Source: Methanomassiliicoccaceae archaeon
GTDB taxonomy: Archaea > Thermoplasmatota > Thermoplasmata > Methanomassiliicoccales > Methanomassiliicoccaceae
Assembly: GCA_040776945.1 (NCBI GenBank)
Contig: JAXGZN010000002.1
Span: 800,001-864,000 of the forward strand
DNA length: 64,000 nt
Reading direction: 5' to 3'
Part shown: one piece after another, positions 28,267 through 38,294 of the stretch
How the letters are laid out: the number at the start of each line of letters is the position of its first letter
How positions within the stretch are numbered: position 1 is the first letter of the stretch
The notes under the pieces: generated by a model
Told to the model about the DNA's origin: nothing
The model's input: the letters and a program-made list of their open reading frames with translations, nothing else
The model's database searches: none
Program-made: the position numbers and the translations under genes

Positions 28267-29967
28267 ATGGTCGATAGCCGCGTGATGTCCGCCGAGCTGA
28301 AGGAAGCTATCAGGAAGTATGCGCTGCAGAACGCCTGCCTGTTCGGAGGCAAGGCCAACCCCAAGGCGGTCATGGGGAAGGTCCTGGCCGAGCGGCCGGA
28401 CCTGCGCTCCAAGGCCAAGGAGGTCTCCGCGGCGGCCGAGGAGGTCTGCCGCGAGGTCGAAGGAATGCCGTTCGAGGACATCCAGAGGGCCGTAGAGGCC
28501 ATTGACCCCAACCTGCTTAAGCGGACCAAGACGGAGAGGAGGAACGTTCTGCCCGATCTCCCGGGTGCGGTCGAAGGGAAGGTCGTCATGCGGATGGCCC
28601 CCGGCCCGTCAGGTCCGCTGCACATCGGCCACACCCGGGTCGCTTTGCTCAACGATGAGTACGTGAAGCGGTACAAGGGAAAGTACATCGACCGGCTGGA
28701 GGACACCAACCCCGAGAAGATCGACCCAGAAGCCTATAGGATGATCCCTGAGGATCTCGCATGGCTCGGCGTGCACGTGGACGAGACGGTGGTCCAGTCG
28801 GACCGGTTCGAGATCTACTATGACATAGCGCGCCAGCTCATCGACATGGGCAAGGCGTATGTGTGCACCTGTCCTCCCGAGCCGTGGAGGCAGATGAAGG
28901 AGGAAGGGAAGGCATGCCCGCATCGCTCACAGAGCAGCGAGGAGGCCAACGAACAGTTCGACAGGATGCTATCACACGGGTTCGGCGAAGAGGAGGCGGT
29001 CCTGGTGGTGAAGACCGATCTCAAGCACCCGAACCCCGCCGTCCGGGACTTTGTCGGGCTAAGGGTGGTGGACTCGGTGCCCCATCCGAGGACCGGCGAC
29101 CGTTACACGGTGTACCCGATGATGAACCTCTCAGTGGCGGCGGACGACCACCTGCTGGGGCTGACCCACGTCATAAGGGGGAAGGACCATCTTAACAACA
29201 CCCTGCGGCAGGAGTACATCTTCAACTATTTCGGTTGGAGGAAGCCTTCTTATCATCACTACGGCCTCGTTCACATCCCTGAGGCGATCCTCAAGACCTC
29301 GACCATCCATAAGGGCATCCTCGGCGGCGAGTACTCAGGCTGGGACGATGTCCGCCTTGGCACGGTCAGGGCGCTTGCTAAACGCGGCATCAGAGCAGAG
29401 GCGATCCGCAGTTACTGGCTCGACGTAGGCATGAAGGACGTGGACATCGAGTTCTCCTGGGAGAACCTGTACGCGTTCAACAAGCAGATCATCGATCCAG
29501 TGGCCGACCGTTACTTCTTCGTGTGGGACCCGGAGCCCCTGGAGATCGTAGGCGTGGACGTCCTGGAGGCCCGCTCGCCCCTGCATCCCGATCATCCAGA
29601 GAGAGGCACCAGGGACCACGTCCTTCGCCAGCCCATAACGGTCCTGATGACCAGAGAGGACCTTGAGGGGTTACGCGAGCGCGGCACCGTTCGGCTCAAG
29701 GACCTATGCAATCTCCGTTGGGAGAACGGCAAGGGGGTGTACACCGGCAACGACCACGGCGTGCTGAAGGAAGGGGTTAAGATATCCCACTGGGCCCCCG
29801 CCGATGGCGTGGAGGCAGAGGTCCATATGCCCGACGGATCGGTCAGGAAGGGGATCGCTGAACGGTTGCCTGTCCAAGAGAAGGACAAGGTCGTGCAGTT
29901 CGAGCGGTTCGGGTTCGCCCGAGTCGAGACCACGTCCCCGCGGTTGGAGGCATATTTCACTCAGTGA
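28267..29967 (+). CDS. gltX: Glutamate--tRNA ligase (archaeal type)
   Basis: R.APGPSGPLHIGH, EDTNP, THVIRGKDH, GWDD.RLGT, QFERFGF. Alternative start at 28285. Confidence 0.96.
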   Translation: MVDSRVMSAELKEAIRKYALQNACLFGGKANPKAVMGKVLAERPDLRSKAKEVSAAAEEVCREVEGMPFEDIQRAVEAIDPNLLKRTKTERRNVLPDLPGAVEGKVVMRMAPGPSGPLHIGHTRVALLNDEYVKRYKGKYIDRLEDTNPEKIDPEAYRMIPEDLAWLGVHVDETVVQSDRFEIYYDIARQLIDMGKAYVCTCPPEPWRQMKEEGKACPHRSQSSEEANEQFDRMLSHGFGEEEAVLVVKTDLKHPNPAVRDFVGLRVVDSVPHPRTGDRYTVYPMMNLSVAADDHLLGLTHVIRGKDHLNNTLRQEYIFNYFGWRKPSYHHYGLVHIPEAILKTSTIHKGILGGEYSGWDDVRLGTVRALAKRGIRAEAIRSYWLDVGMKDVDIEFSWENLYAFNKQIIDPVADRYFFVWDPEPLEIVGVDVLEARSPLHPDHPERGTRDHVLRQPITVLMTREDLEGLRERGTVRLKDLCNLRWENGKGVYTGNDHGVLKEGVKISHWAPADGVEAEVHMPDGSVRKGIAERLPVQEKDKVVQFERFGFARVETTSPRLEAYFTQ

Positions 29968-30100
29968 AACGGGCACGGCGGTCCCATCGGCGCAGGCCGC
30001 CGGAGCGCCAGCGCATCGCACGCATCCGCTCCGGGGAAGCCCTTCGGAACGAGTGAACGACGTTGAGAAGGGCGGCACAGGCCTTTCGGAAGCCCGGTGA

Positions 30101-30736
30101 CTAGAGCAGGCCCACGGAGGAGAGGGTGGACCACAGGAGGCTGATGCTGACATATATGAGAAAAATGCCGCAGACCAGTTGGATGGCACGGAAGGTGCGG
30201 TCGGTGATGTACCGCCGCCCCACGCTGACGACGTAGGCGAACAGGGGGCACCACAGGAGGCCGGCGGCGATGAACCCGAACATGAAAACCGCGTAATGCT
30301 CGGCCGCAGGATGGGGGGCGATGGCCGCGATGGTCGTGGCCCCGATGCCCAGCCAGAACGCCAATTGGAACGGGTTGCTGGTAGAGAGCACGATCCCGGT
30401 CATGATGTCCCCGCGGTCGGTCACGGAGGCCCCCTCCGGAATCCCCCCGCTCTTCGCTTCCGCCAATGCCTTGATCGCCAGATAGAACAGGAAAAGGCAG
30501 CCGATGAGTCCCAGGCCGAGCCTCACCGGCACGCTCTCGAACACCACCGCCAGGCCGACCAAGGCGATGAATGCCCACACGAGGTCGCCGACGAGGGAGC
30601 CGAACTGGACCCAAAGGGCCGGACGGTACCCTCTGCTGATGCCCCTCCTCAGTGCTTCGGCCGTGACCGACCCCGGGATCGCGCAATATACGAACTCGAG
30701 CACGAAGGCAGTGGCGAATATAAGCTCCAGTTCCAC
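30101..30736 (-). CDS. LysE family transporter
   Basis: PG.V....RRG, G...GD and SNP....FW motifs; hydrophobic. Confidence 0.85.
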   Translation of the reverse strand: MELELIFATAFVLEFVYCAIPGSVTAEALRRGISRGYRPALWVQFGSLVGDLVWAFIALVGLAVVFESVPVRLGLGLIGCLFLFYLAIKALAEAKSGGIPEGASVTDRGDIMTGIVLSTSNPFQLAFWLGIGATTIAAIAPHPAAEHYAVFMFGFIAAGLLWCPLFAYVVSVGRRYITDRTFRAIQLVCGIFLIYVSISLLWSTLSSVGLL

Positions 30737-30777
30737 GCCACCGAGAACGCCCGGGCCGATTTAAATGTAGCCGGTCC

Positions 30778-31230
30778 TCAGCTCCTCAGGGAAACAAGGG
30801 CCTTCTTCTCCTCTTCTAAGAACCTCTTGTCCAGCTCTTCCTTCTTGGCTTCGTCGAACGACCGCTGCACCAGCTCCAGGACGTTGCCTTCCTCGATCTG
30901 GAAATGCAGGGAGATCATGTTGTTGGCCACCACCAGGCGGGGTATCCATACCTCCTCGGTTATCTCCACGTCGGCAAGGTCCCTCAGCATGCTCCTTATG
31001 ATCTTATGCTCCTCCATCGCCTGAAGGGCGATCGGCCTCACCTGGATGTCTGAGAGCAGTTCCCGGTATATCGTGCTCTTTTCTCCCCGCTCATGGGCCT
31101 CAACCCTCGATATCAGCTCGATGTACGACCTCCCGTACCTCTCAGCATCATCTATGGGGCCCCGAAGGAGGTCGTTCAACATTTTCTGAAGCTCCGAATG
31201 TTCCTCTTTCAGACGATCGACGATGTTCAT
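30778..31230 (-). CDS. Hemerythrin (HHE) domain protein
   Basis: L.EEH, H...E...IY, EEH and H...EE motifs. Confidence 0.85.
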   Translation of the reverse strand: MNIVDRLKEEHSELQKMLNDLLRGPIDDAERYGRSYIELISRVEAHERGEKSTIYRELLSDIQVRPIALQAMEEHKIIRSMLRDLADVEITEEVWIPRLVVANNMISLHFQIEEGNVLELVQRSFDEAKKEELDKRFLEEEKKALVSLRS

Positions 31231-31291
31231 TCCCACACCTCGTTCCAACACCTCCTGGGAGCCCAGCTGTATAAGTGGATTGCGGAGGCCC

Positions 31292-33208
31292 CTACAGGGA
31301 CAGCAGGAAGTTCGCCGTCCCGCCCAGCAGGAAGGCCATGGCGATGGAGGCCATGGAGACCGCCACCGCCTCCTTCAGCCCGAACTCCTTGGTCAACGCG
31401 GAGAAGACCCCGATGCACGGCATATATGTGGCCATGACCAGGGCGAACACGAAAAGCTGCTGAGGTGTGAGCACCTGCCCCAGGTCCGCGGAGGCGGTGA
31501 GAGAGAAGATGACGAACAGGATCTGCAGCGCCATCTCCTTTCGCAGGACCCCGAATATCAGCGCTACGATGATCGCCGGAGGTAGGCCCAGCAGCCCTAC
31601 GGTAATGAAGCTGAGGGGGTCCACCAGCGCGTCGAGTATGTTGTACGCCATCAGCAGCTCCAGCAGCAGGCTACCTGCCAGGAGCAATGGGAAAGCGATG
31701 ATGAAGAAATCGTTTATCCTCAGCCAGGTCTTCGAAAGGATATTGCTGGGAGAGGGCATCGAGAGCTCAGGGATCTCGATCACCAGGCTGGCCGGCTCCG
31801 CCCGCAGCACTACATGGAGCACCCTGCCGAGGACTAGCGCCAGGGCGAGAAGCACAAGGTAGATCAATCCCGCCCACAGTAACCCGGATTGCTGGCCGAC
31901 CGTTCCTATGATTATGACGGTCTGGGCAGAGCAAGGCACCGCCATGACGATGATGGTCGCCAGGATCAATCTCTCCCTCTTCGATTCCAGAGTGCGGGTG
32001 GCAAGGATCGCCGGCACATTGCAGCCGGTGCCAACGACCATCGGGATGATGGCCCGTCCGTGCAGGCCGAGTCGGACCATAAGGCCGTCTAGCAGCATGA
32101 CCGCTCGCGGCAGGTACCCTGAGTCCTCCAGGATGCCGAGGATGAGGTAGAACACCAGGATGTATGGTATGACTATCGCAAGGATGGCCTGGATGGACAG
32201 GTCGATGCCCGAGGCGATAGCCTCACCTACGGTGCCTCCGATGAGGGCGGCGAGCTGATCGAAGACGTTGCCCGTCACCCCAGTATAGGCGTCCAGGATC
32301 AGCTCTTCCAGGAACCCTCCGATGATGACGACCGAGAGGAAGATGCTGACCAGAACGGAGATCAGCAGTGGGATGCCCGTTCTCGGCCTCAGGGTGAACT
32401 CGGAGATGCGGTCCTTGATCGACATCTCCCTCCTCGGGAGCCAAGCGGTGACCTCGCCGGCGATCCTTCCGGCCTCACCATAGCGGTCCCGGGCGATGTG
32501 CACTTCCACATCCTCATAGTGCTCTTCCCGGAACTCCTTGCGCCATTCGTCCGCCAGCCTCTTTATTATTGGACTGAACTGCTTTGTGAAGTAGGGGTTC
32601 CCTTCCAAAAGCTTGATGGTGGCTCCTCTGATGGGATAACCGGAACCCGTTTCCACCGCTCCCGCTGCGACCTCCTCCAGAAAGGCCTCGATGTGGCTGT
32701 CGTACCTCGTGACGAAGTATGAACGCTGCACGCTGCCGGAGACCACGAAGTCCATGAGCTTGTCGACGCCCTCGCCGGTGAGCGCTACGGTAGGCACCAC
32801 CGGCACCTTGAGTATGCCGCTCAGCTCGTCCACGTCCAGGGTGAACCTCTTCCGGGCCTGGTCCATGAAGTTAAGGGCGATGATGACCCGGTACCCCAGC
32901 TCTATCAGCTGGAGGACCAGCACAAGTCCCTGCTCCAGCCTGGTCGCGTCCAGCACCGCTATGACGTAGTCTGGGGCCTTCTCCGCCAGAAGTGTCGTGG
33001 CAACCCTCTCGTCCTCGGTGACCCCCGATAGGGAATAGGTCCCGGGCAGGTCGAACACCTCGATCCTCTGCCCCTTGTGCGTCACCATGGAGGATTCGAA
33101 CTGGACGGTGGTGCCGGGATAGTTCGCGGAGATGACCCCCACTCCGGTGATGCGGCTAAAAAGGGCCGATTTGCCGACATTGAGGTTGCCTGCAAGAACG
33201 ACCTTCAT
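31292..33208 (-). CDS. feoB: Ferrous iron transporter FeoB
   Basis: G1 GNLNVGKS, NYPGTT, DLPGTYSL, NFMD, EDSGY..R, GCNVPA, PCSA and PC motifs. Confidence 0.95.
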   Translation of the reverse strand: MKVVLAGNLNVGKSALFSRITGVGVISANYPGTTVQFESSMVTHKGQRIEVFDLPGTYSLSGVTEDERVATTLLAEKAPDYVIAVLDATRLEQGLVLVLQLIELGYRVIIALNFMDQARKRFTLDVDELSGILKVPVVPTVALTGEGVDKLMDFVVSGSVQRSYFVTRYDSHIEAFLEEVAAGAVETGSGYPIRGATIKLLEGNPYFTKQFSPIIKRLADEWRKEFREEHYEDVEVHIARDRYGEAGRIAGEVTAWLPRREMSIKDRISEFTLRPRTGIPLLISVLVSIFLSVVIIGGFLEELILDAYTGVTGNVFDQLAALIGGTVGEAIASGIDLSIQAILAIVIPYILVFYLILGILEDSGYLPRAVMLLDGLMVRLGLHGRAIIPMVVGTGCNVPAILATRTLESKRERLILATIIVMAVPCSAQTVIIIGTVGQQSGLLWAGLIYLVLLALALVLGRVLHVVLRAEPASLVIEIPELSMPSPSNILSKTWLRINDFFIIAFPLLLAGSLLLELLMAYNILDALVDPLSFITVGLLGLPPAIIVALIFGVLRKEMALQILFVIFSLTASADLGQVLTPQQLFVFALVMATYMPCIGVFSALTKEFGLKEAVAVSMASIAMAFLLGGTANFLLSL

Positions 33209-33210
33209 GG

Positions 33211-33870
33211 TCAGCACTTCCGGACCATGACCTTGGAGGCGTGATCGCGGGCCAATGCTATCTTCATCTCCCCCAGCTGGACCAATATGGGTCCGCCGAT
33301 GGGGATCCTCTCCTCGACCTTAATGGAACGGCCGGGAACGAAGCCCATGGAAATGAGCCTCTTGATCTTGGCCGAGTCCTCGCAGGACAGGTGGGTTATC
33401 TTGCCGAGCTCTCCGTCGGACATATCGGTCAGCGGCACTGAGAAATCAGGGTCCGGAGCGGAGGGGGGTTCGCATACCGGTATGGGGTTCCCGTCCGGAC
33501 AGCAAGTGGGATAGTTCAGCAGCTGATTGAACATCTCCACAGTGTCATCGGATATATTGTGCTCTAGCTTCATGGCCTCCTGATGGCCTTGCTCCTTGTC
33601 CATCCCCACGATGTCGACGAGGAAGCGTTCCAGAAGCCGATGGCGACGCATGATGCGCTCCGCCACCGTTCGGCCCTTTGGGGTTAGGGTGACGCCTTTG
33701 TACCGCTCATAGTTCAGATAACCTTCGGAAGCGAGCTTTTGGGTCATCTCGGTGACGCTGGCGGGAGTGAGGTCCATCTTGGCGGCGATCGCGGTCGTCT
33801 TCACCGGGCCGTTCCCCCTGGTCAGGTCGTAGATGCAGGCGAGGTAGTCCTCGGCGTTCTCGCTTACCAT
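33211..33870 (-). CDS. DtxR/MntR-family metal-dependent repressor with C-terminal FeoA domain
   Basis: EDYL..IY, ASVTEM, RRHRLLE.FL, LEH.IS, CP.GNPIP, and a FeoA-like RL.SMG..PG...GGP segment. Confidence 0.93.
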   Translation of the reverse strand: MVSENAEDYLACIYDLTRGNGPVKTTAIAAKMDLTPASVTEMTQKLASEGYLNYERYKGVTLTPKGRTVAERIMRRHRLLERFLVDIVGMDKEQGHQEAMKLEHNISDDTVEMFNQLLNYPTCCPDGNPIPVCEPPSAPDPDFSVPLTDMSDGELGKITHLSCEDSAKIKRLISMGFVPGRSIKVEERIPIGGPILVQLGEMKIALARDHASKVMVRKC

Positions 33871-33903
33871 GGCATCGCAGAACCAGAATGGAATTAATAT
33901 AAC

Positions 33904-33918
33904 TTTGGATGACCGAAA
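33904..33918. promoter_or_regulatory. Candidate DtxR-family operator (TTTGGATGACCGAAA)
   Basis: Imperfect palindrome beside the TATA-like tract upstream of the dtxR-feoB operon. Confidence 0.35.
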
Positions 33919-33923
33919 ATAGT

Positions 33924-34961
33924 TTAGATGTCGCGGAACGGAACGATGTCGCAGCACCCGCACTCGTGGCACATGGTGTGCAGCGTGTACGAGGTCAGCC
34001 CGTGCCTCTCCAGCACCTCCCGCTGCTTGCGGGCGAGGTCCAGCATCCGCTGGGGAGAGATCGGTTCCAGCTCGCCCAAGGCCTCGGTCATCGGCCCCCT
34101 GTTCAGCTCGTTCAGGCGCAGCGGCCGCAGCGTGGCCACGCACCCTAGGCGGGCCAGGGCCTCCACGCCCTCCAGGACGTTCTCGTCGGTCTCCCCCATC
34201 CCCACGATGATGTTGGACGTTACCTTCCCGCGTCCGAAGACCTTTCCGGCGTAGGAGATCGCCTCCATGATGCTGTTCTGGTCCTGCTCGCCGCACACCT
34301 TCTCGAATATGCCGCGGTCGAACGTCTCGATGTTCAGCTTGATCTCGTCGGCGCCGGCGGCCTTCAGCTGGTCAACCTGCTCCAGTCTGTCGATGTACGG
34401 CTCCACCCCTATGGGGATGTCGGGCAGCCTCTCGCGGACCTTCCTGATGACGTATGCGAGCTTGTCTACGGTGCTCTGGGGGTCGCTGACGACCGCGGAG
34501 GTTATGGCCACTGCCTTGAGGTCCGGCCTCTCTGCCAGCTTCAGGATCATGGCCACCACCTTGTCCGGGTCGAGGTCCTTGGTGATCCTCTTGTCCAGGG
34601 AGGGGGATGTGCAGAAGCGGCAATGGTAGATGCACCGGGTATCGAGATTGAAGAACGCCTGCTCCGGGGCGTGGGCCAGCGTCGGGCGGATCTCTACGTT
34701 CTCAACAAGAACCTCGCTGCCGCGCATTATCGTATAGAGCGGCCCATTCCCGATCAGGGCGAACTCCCCCTCCTCAGTGGTGAACGCCTTCTTTAGCCGC
34801 GCCCCTCCGAAAGCGAGGACGATGGATGCCGAGCCCGCCCCCGGCCCGGCCGTGGAGCGGGACACCGGGAAAGGGGGCCGGAAGTTCTCCGGGACCTTTA
34901 TCGGTCCGCCGGCCAGCAATATCGCCTTCTTTCGCGCAATCAGCTCGCGGTCCTCTTCCAC
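33924..34961 (-). CDS. Radical SAM protein, biotin-synthase-related, function unknown
   Basis: CIYHCRFC (CxxxCxxC) and IVGMGET motifs, plus an extra C-terminal CHECGCC. Overlaps the cysS end. Confidence 0.88.
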   Translation of the reverse strand: MEEDRELIARKKAILLAGGPIKVPENFRPPFPVSRSTAGPGAGSASIVLAFGGARLKKAFTTEEGEFALIGNGPLYTIMRGSEVLVENVEIRPTLAHAPEQAFFNLDTRCIYHCRFCTSPSLDKRITKDLDPDKVVAMILKLAERPDLKAVAITSAVVSDPQSTVDKLAYVIRKVRERLPDIPIGVEPYIDRLEQVDQLKAAGADEIKLNIETFDRGIFEKVCGEQDQNSIMEAISYAGKVFGRGKVTSNIIVGMGETDENVLEGVEALARLGCVATLRPLRLNELNRGPMTEALGELEPISPQRMLDLARKQREVLERHGLTSYTLHTMCHECGCCDIVPFRDI

Positions 34962-36346
34962 TTGACGCCCTCCGAGGTGTCCTGCAGCTCCACGCCGCTC
35001 TCCTTGAGGCGGTCGCGTATCTTGTCCGCGAGATCGTACTGCTTCCGCTTGCGGAGCTCGTTGCGGACCTCGATGAGGATGTCGATGATCTCGCCGGAAC
35101 GGTCCTCCTTGACCTCTGGCGCAGATGGAAGAATGCCGAACACCGAGTCCATCTCCTCCAGCGCCGCGAGGATGTCATTGGCCCCCTGGGCGCCCAGCTC
35201 GCCGGCCGCCAGCAGGCGGTTGGTCTCCCGCACCAGCTCGAACACCTCGGACATCGCCGCCCGCGTGTTGAAGTCCTGGTCCATGGCATCCACGAACCGC
35301 CTGCGGAAGTCCGCTGCCAGGTCGGCGGCGCCGCTTCCAGGCCTGGCGCTCCGGGCCACCGCCTTGAGCTCATGATATGCGTTGTGCAGCCTACGCAGGC
35401 TGGCGGCGGCCTCCTCCAGCGCGGCCTCGGAGTACACCTGAGGGCCGCGGTAGTGCGCAGACAGCACGTAGAAGCGGACCTCCTCCTTGGTGTGCTTCTT
35501 CAGAACGTCCTTGACGGCGAAGAAGTTCTTCAGCGATTTGGACATCTTGGCGTCCTGGACCTGGAGCATCCCGTTGTGCACCCAGAACCTCGCCAGGGGC
35601 TTGCGGTTGGCCGCCTCGGACTGGAGGATCTCGTTCTCATGGTGAGGGAAGATCAGATCGTTGCCTCCGCCATGTATGTCGATCGTCTCCCCAAGATAAT
35701 CGGTGCACATGGCCGAGCATTCGATGTGCCATCCCGGCCGGCCCTTGCCCCAAGGTGAGTCCCATGAGATCTCCCCAGGCTTGGCGGCCTTCCACAGCGC
35801 GAAGTCGTACGGGTTCCTCTTCATCTCGTTGACCTCGACCCTGGCCCCGGCCTGCATGTCCTCCAGCCTCTGCCCGGTGAGCCGCCCATAGTCCTCTACC
35901 GCGTCCACGGAGAAGTACACGCTGCCGTCCTCGCTCTGGTATGCGAAGCCCCGGTCGATGATCCTCTGGACCATGGCTATGATCCCGCCGATGTTCTCCG
36001 ACGCCTTGGGATATGCGTCGGCACGGCGGACCCCCAGGGCGTCGATGTCCTGAAAGTACCGCTCGATGTACATCTTGGACAGGGCAAGGGGGTCCATGCC
36101 CATTTCCGCCGCGCGGTTGATGATCTTGTCGTCCACATCGGTGAAGTTGGTGAGGTGCGTAACCTCGTACCCGCGGTAGCGCAGGTACCTGGCGATCATA
36201 TCGAAAACGATGATCGAGCGCGCGTGGCCCATGTGGATGTCGTCGTAGACGGTGACGCCGCAGACGTACATCTTGACCTTGCGGTCGTCGAGGGGCACGA
36301 ACTCCTCCTCGCGCTTGGTGAGCGTATTGAACATTCTCAGAACCAA
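34940..36346 (-). CDS. cysS: Cysteine--tRNA ligase
   Basis: YVCGVTVYD, HMGH, DVDDKII, DFALWK, PGWHIEC, HHENE, KMSKS. Confidence 0.97.
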   Translation of the reverse strand: MVLRMFNTLTKREEEFVPLDDRKVKMYVCGVTVYDDIHMGHARSIIVFDMIARYLRYRGYEVTHLTNFTDVDDKIINRAAEMGMDPLALSKMYIERYFQDIDALGVRRADAYPKASENIGGIIAMVQRIIDRGFAYQSEDGSVYFSVDAVEDYGRLTGQRLEDMQAGARVEVNEMKRNPYDFALWKAAKPGEISWDSPWGKGRPGWHIECSAMCTDYLGETIDIHGGGNDLIFPHHENEILQSEAANRKPLARFWVHNGMLQVQDAKMSKSLKNFFAVKDVLKKHTKEEVRFYVLSAHYRGPQVYSEAALEEAAASLRRLHNAYHELKAVARSARPGSGAADLAADFRRRFVDAMDQDFNTRAAMSEVFELVRETNRLLAAGELGAQGANDILAALEEMDSVFGILPSAPEVKEDRSGEIIDILIEVRNELRKRKQYDLADKIRDRLKESGVELQDTSEGVKWKRTAS

Positions 36347-36379
36347 ATTATCCCGTCCTGCTAATGGGCCGGTGCCTCA

Positions 36380-37024
36380 TTAACCTTTTTTTAGCTTATC
36401 CTCGAGCGAGGCAACGCGGCCCTCCAGGCGCTCGATGGACCTGCTTATGTCATTGAGAACGTTAACGACCGGATCTGGCAGGTTTTCCACCCGCAGCTGG
36501 GGGACCGCTCTCTCGCCGTTCCTTCGCACGATCTTTCCCGGTATTCCGACCACAGTGCTGTTGGGCGGCACATCCTTGACCACCACCGATCCCGCCCCGA
36601 TCTTAGAGCTCTCTCCAACCACGATGTCTCCGAGCACCGTGGCGTGCGCCCCGATGATCACGTTGTCCCCTATGGTCGGATGCCTCTTCTCCTTAAGAGT
36701 GGAGACACCCCCCAGGGTCACGCCTTGGAAGATGGACACGTTATCGCCTATGATGGTGGTCTCCCCGACCACCACGCCTGTTGCGTGGTCTATGAAGAAC
36801 CCTTTGCCGATGGTCGCTCCGGGATGAATGTCGGCGCCGGTGAGCACCCGGGCCCAATAGTTGAGCAGTCGGGCGAGCTTGTACTCACCCTTCATGTAGA
36901 AGCGGTGCGAAAGGCGATGGATGAGGATGGCATGAAGGCCGGGACTGAACATCAGGGCCTCGGAGAACGATTTCGGCGCCGGGTCACGCTCCAGCACCGT
37001 CCTCACGTCATCTTTCCAGGACAT
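36380..37024 (-). CDS. cysE: Serine O-acetyltransferase
   Basis: RDPA, DIHPGA, FIDHA, RHPT and hexapeptide repeats. Confidence 0.95.
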   Translation of the reverse strand: MSWKDDVRTVLERDPAPKSFSEALMFSPGLHAILIHRLSHRFYMKGEYKLARLLNYWARVLTGADIHPGATIGKGFFIDHATGVVVGETTIIGDNVSIFQGVTLGGVSTLKEKRHPTIGDNVIIGAHATVLGDIVVGESSKIGAGSVVVKDVPPNSTVVGIPGKIVRRNGERAVPQLRVENLPDPVVNVLNDISRSIERLEGRVASLEDKLKKG

Positions 37025-37140
37025 GGAGAACGATTGTGAATATCTCAGTGGGGTTTAATGTTACTGTCGACCGTGCGGCCGATCATAGACATAGGGAACG
37101 ATTAATAGCCCACTCGCTTCTTCCGTGCCCTGTGGCGGCC

Positions 37141-37728
37141 ATGAACGAGGTCCTGAAGAACATCTACGAGCGGCGTTCGGTGCGCTCCTATGCCGAGAAG
37201 AGCGTTCCTGAAGAGACGGTCCGGGAGATCATCAAGGCCGGGTTCCATGCCGCCAACGGAGTGAATGCCCAGGGGCTGAGGTTCGCGGTGATCACCGACC
37301 GGGCGAAGCTGAAGACCTACGCCGAAAAGGCCCGGGTGATGTCCCTCATCGCCTTCCAGAGGTTGAACGAGCAGCGGCCGAGCGAGGCGACCTCCAGATT
37401 GATCAGGTCCCTCTCCAACCCAGAGAACGATATCTTCCACGGCGCTCCGGCCGTCGTGTTCATATTCACCACCCCCGCCTGTCTGACCCCGGTCGAGGAC
37501 GCTTCCCTGGCCGCGGGGAACATGATGCTGGCGGCCAGGAGCCTAGGGCTCGGAAGCTGCTGGATCGGCTTCGCCAAGAGCCTGGGCGGTGACCCTGAGT
37601 TCGTGAAGGAGATGAACGTACCCGGGGACCATTCCCTGGCGGCCTCGTTGATCCTCGGCTATCCGAAGAACGAGGGATCGAGGCCATCGGTACGGGACGA
37701 GCCGAAGATCCTGGGCTGGTTGAAGTAG
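37141..37728 (+). CDS. Nitroreductase family protein
   Basis: RRSVRSY, NMMLAA.SLGLGSCWIG, LGYP. Confidence 0.9.
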   Translation: MNEVLKNIYERRSVRSYAEKSVPEETVREIIKAGFHAANGVNAQGLRFAVITDRAKLKTYAEKARVMSLIAFQRLNEQRPSEATSRLIRSLSNPENDIFHGAPAVVFIFTTPACLTPVEDASLAAGNMMLAARSLGLGSCWIGFAKSLGGDPEFVKEMNVPGDHSLAASLILGYPKNEGSRPSVRDEPKILGWLK

Positions 37729-37818
37729 AGGGCGCTCGAGCGGCCGGTCAGCTCCCCTTAAAGGCCGGTTCCAAGAACGCTCAACGCGGAACGCGTCGCT
37801 TAGACGGTCGTTGAAAGG

Positions 37819-38139
37819 TCACAGAAGGACCAGGTTCACTACGAAGGACGCGACGAGGCCCGGAAGCGACAGGACTATGCCGAGAAATGCCAGCGTGTTC
37901 CCCTCGCTCTTCTTGGACAGGGACACGGCTCCGAGGATGACACCCGCCGGGGTGAAGATTGTGGGCAGCACAATGAAGCTGGCCATGCCCAGCACCACCG
38001 AGCCTATGGCCCAGTTCCTCTCCGGAGCGCGAACGGATGATGGTTGAGGATGGTAGTAAGCGGGCGGGCAGGGTGAGGGCACCGGAAACCTATTGCCGCA
38101 CCTCGGGCAGAAGCTGCCGATCGGGACCACCTCCCGCAT
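37819..38139 (-). CDS. Small membrane protein with zinc-ribbon, Pro-rich linker and two TM helices (DUF4190-like)
   Basis: FCPRCG, Pro/Tyr linker, AIGS.VLG..S and A..GIVLS helices. Confidence 0.65.
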   Translation of the reverse strand: MREVVPIGSFCPRCGNRFPVPSPCPPAYYHPQPSSVRAPERNWAIGSVVLGMASFIVLPTIFTPAGVILGAVSLSKKSEGNTLAFLGIVLSLPGLVASFVVNLVLL

Positions 38140-38294
38140 GTCGAGAAGAATATGACCAGAAATCAATGTCGGGCTATTTAATATCATTATGGTATTACTA
38201 TTATAATTATTTATGATTATGTCCTGTTCTCAACCCTGATGTTAAGGGCCTCGATCGTGCGATAAGTGTAGGAGACCGGGCATTAAGAAATGAG

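Noticed and set aside
33871-34296. ORF-track N-terminal extensions (dtxR 361 aa, nadA 370 aa, SBP 587 aa, CBS 476 aa, 41602 ORF)
   Set aside because: They overlap other genes or promoters. Family motifs begin at downstream starts, which I used instead.
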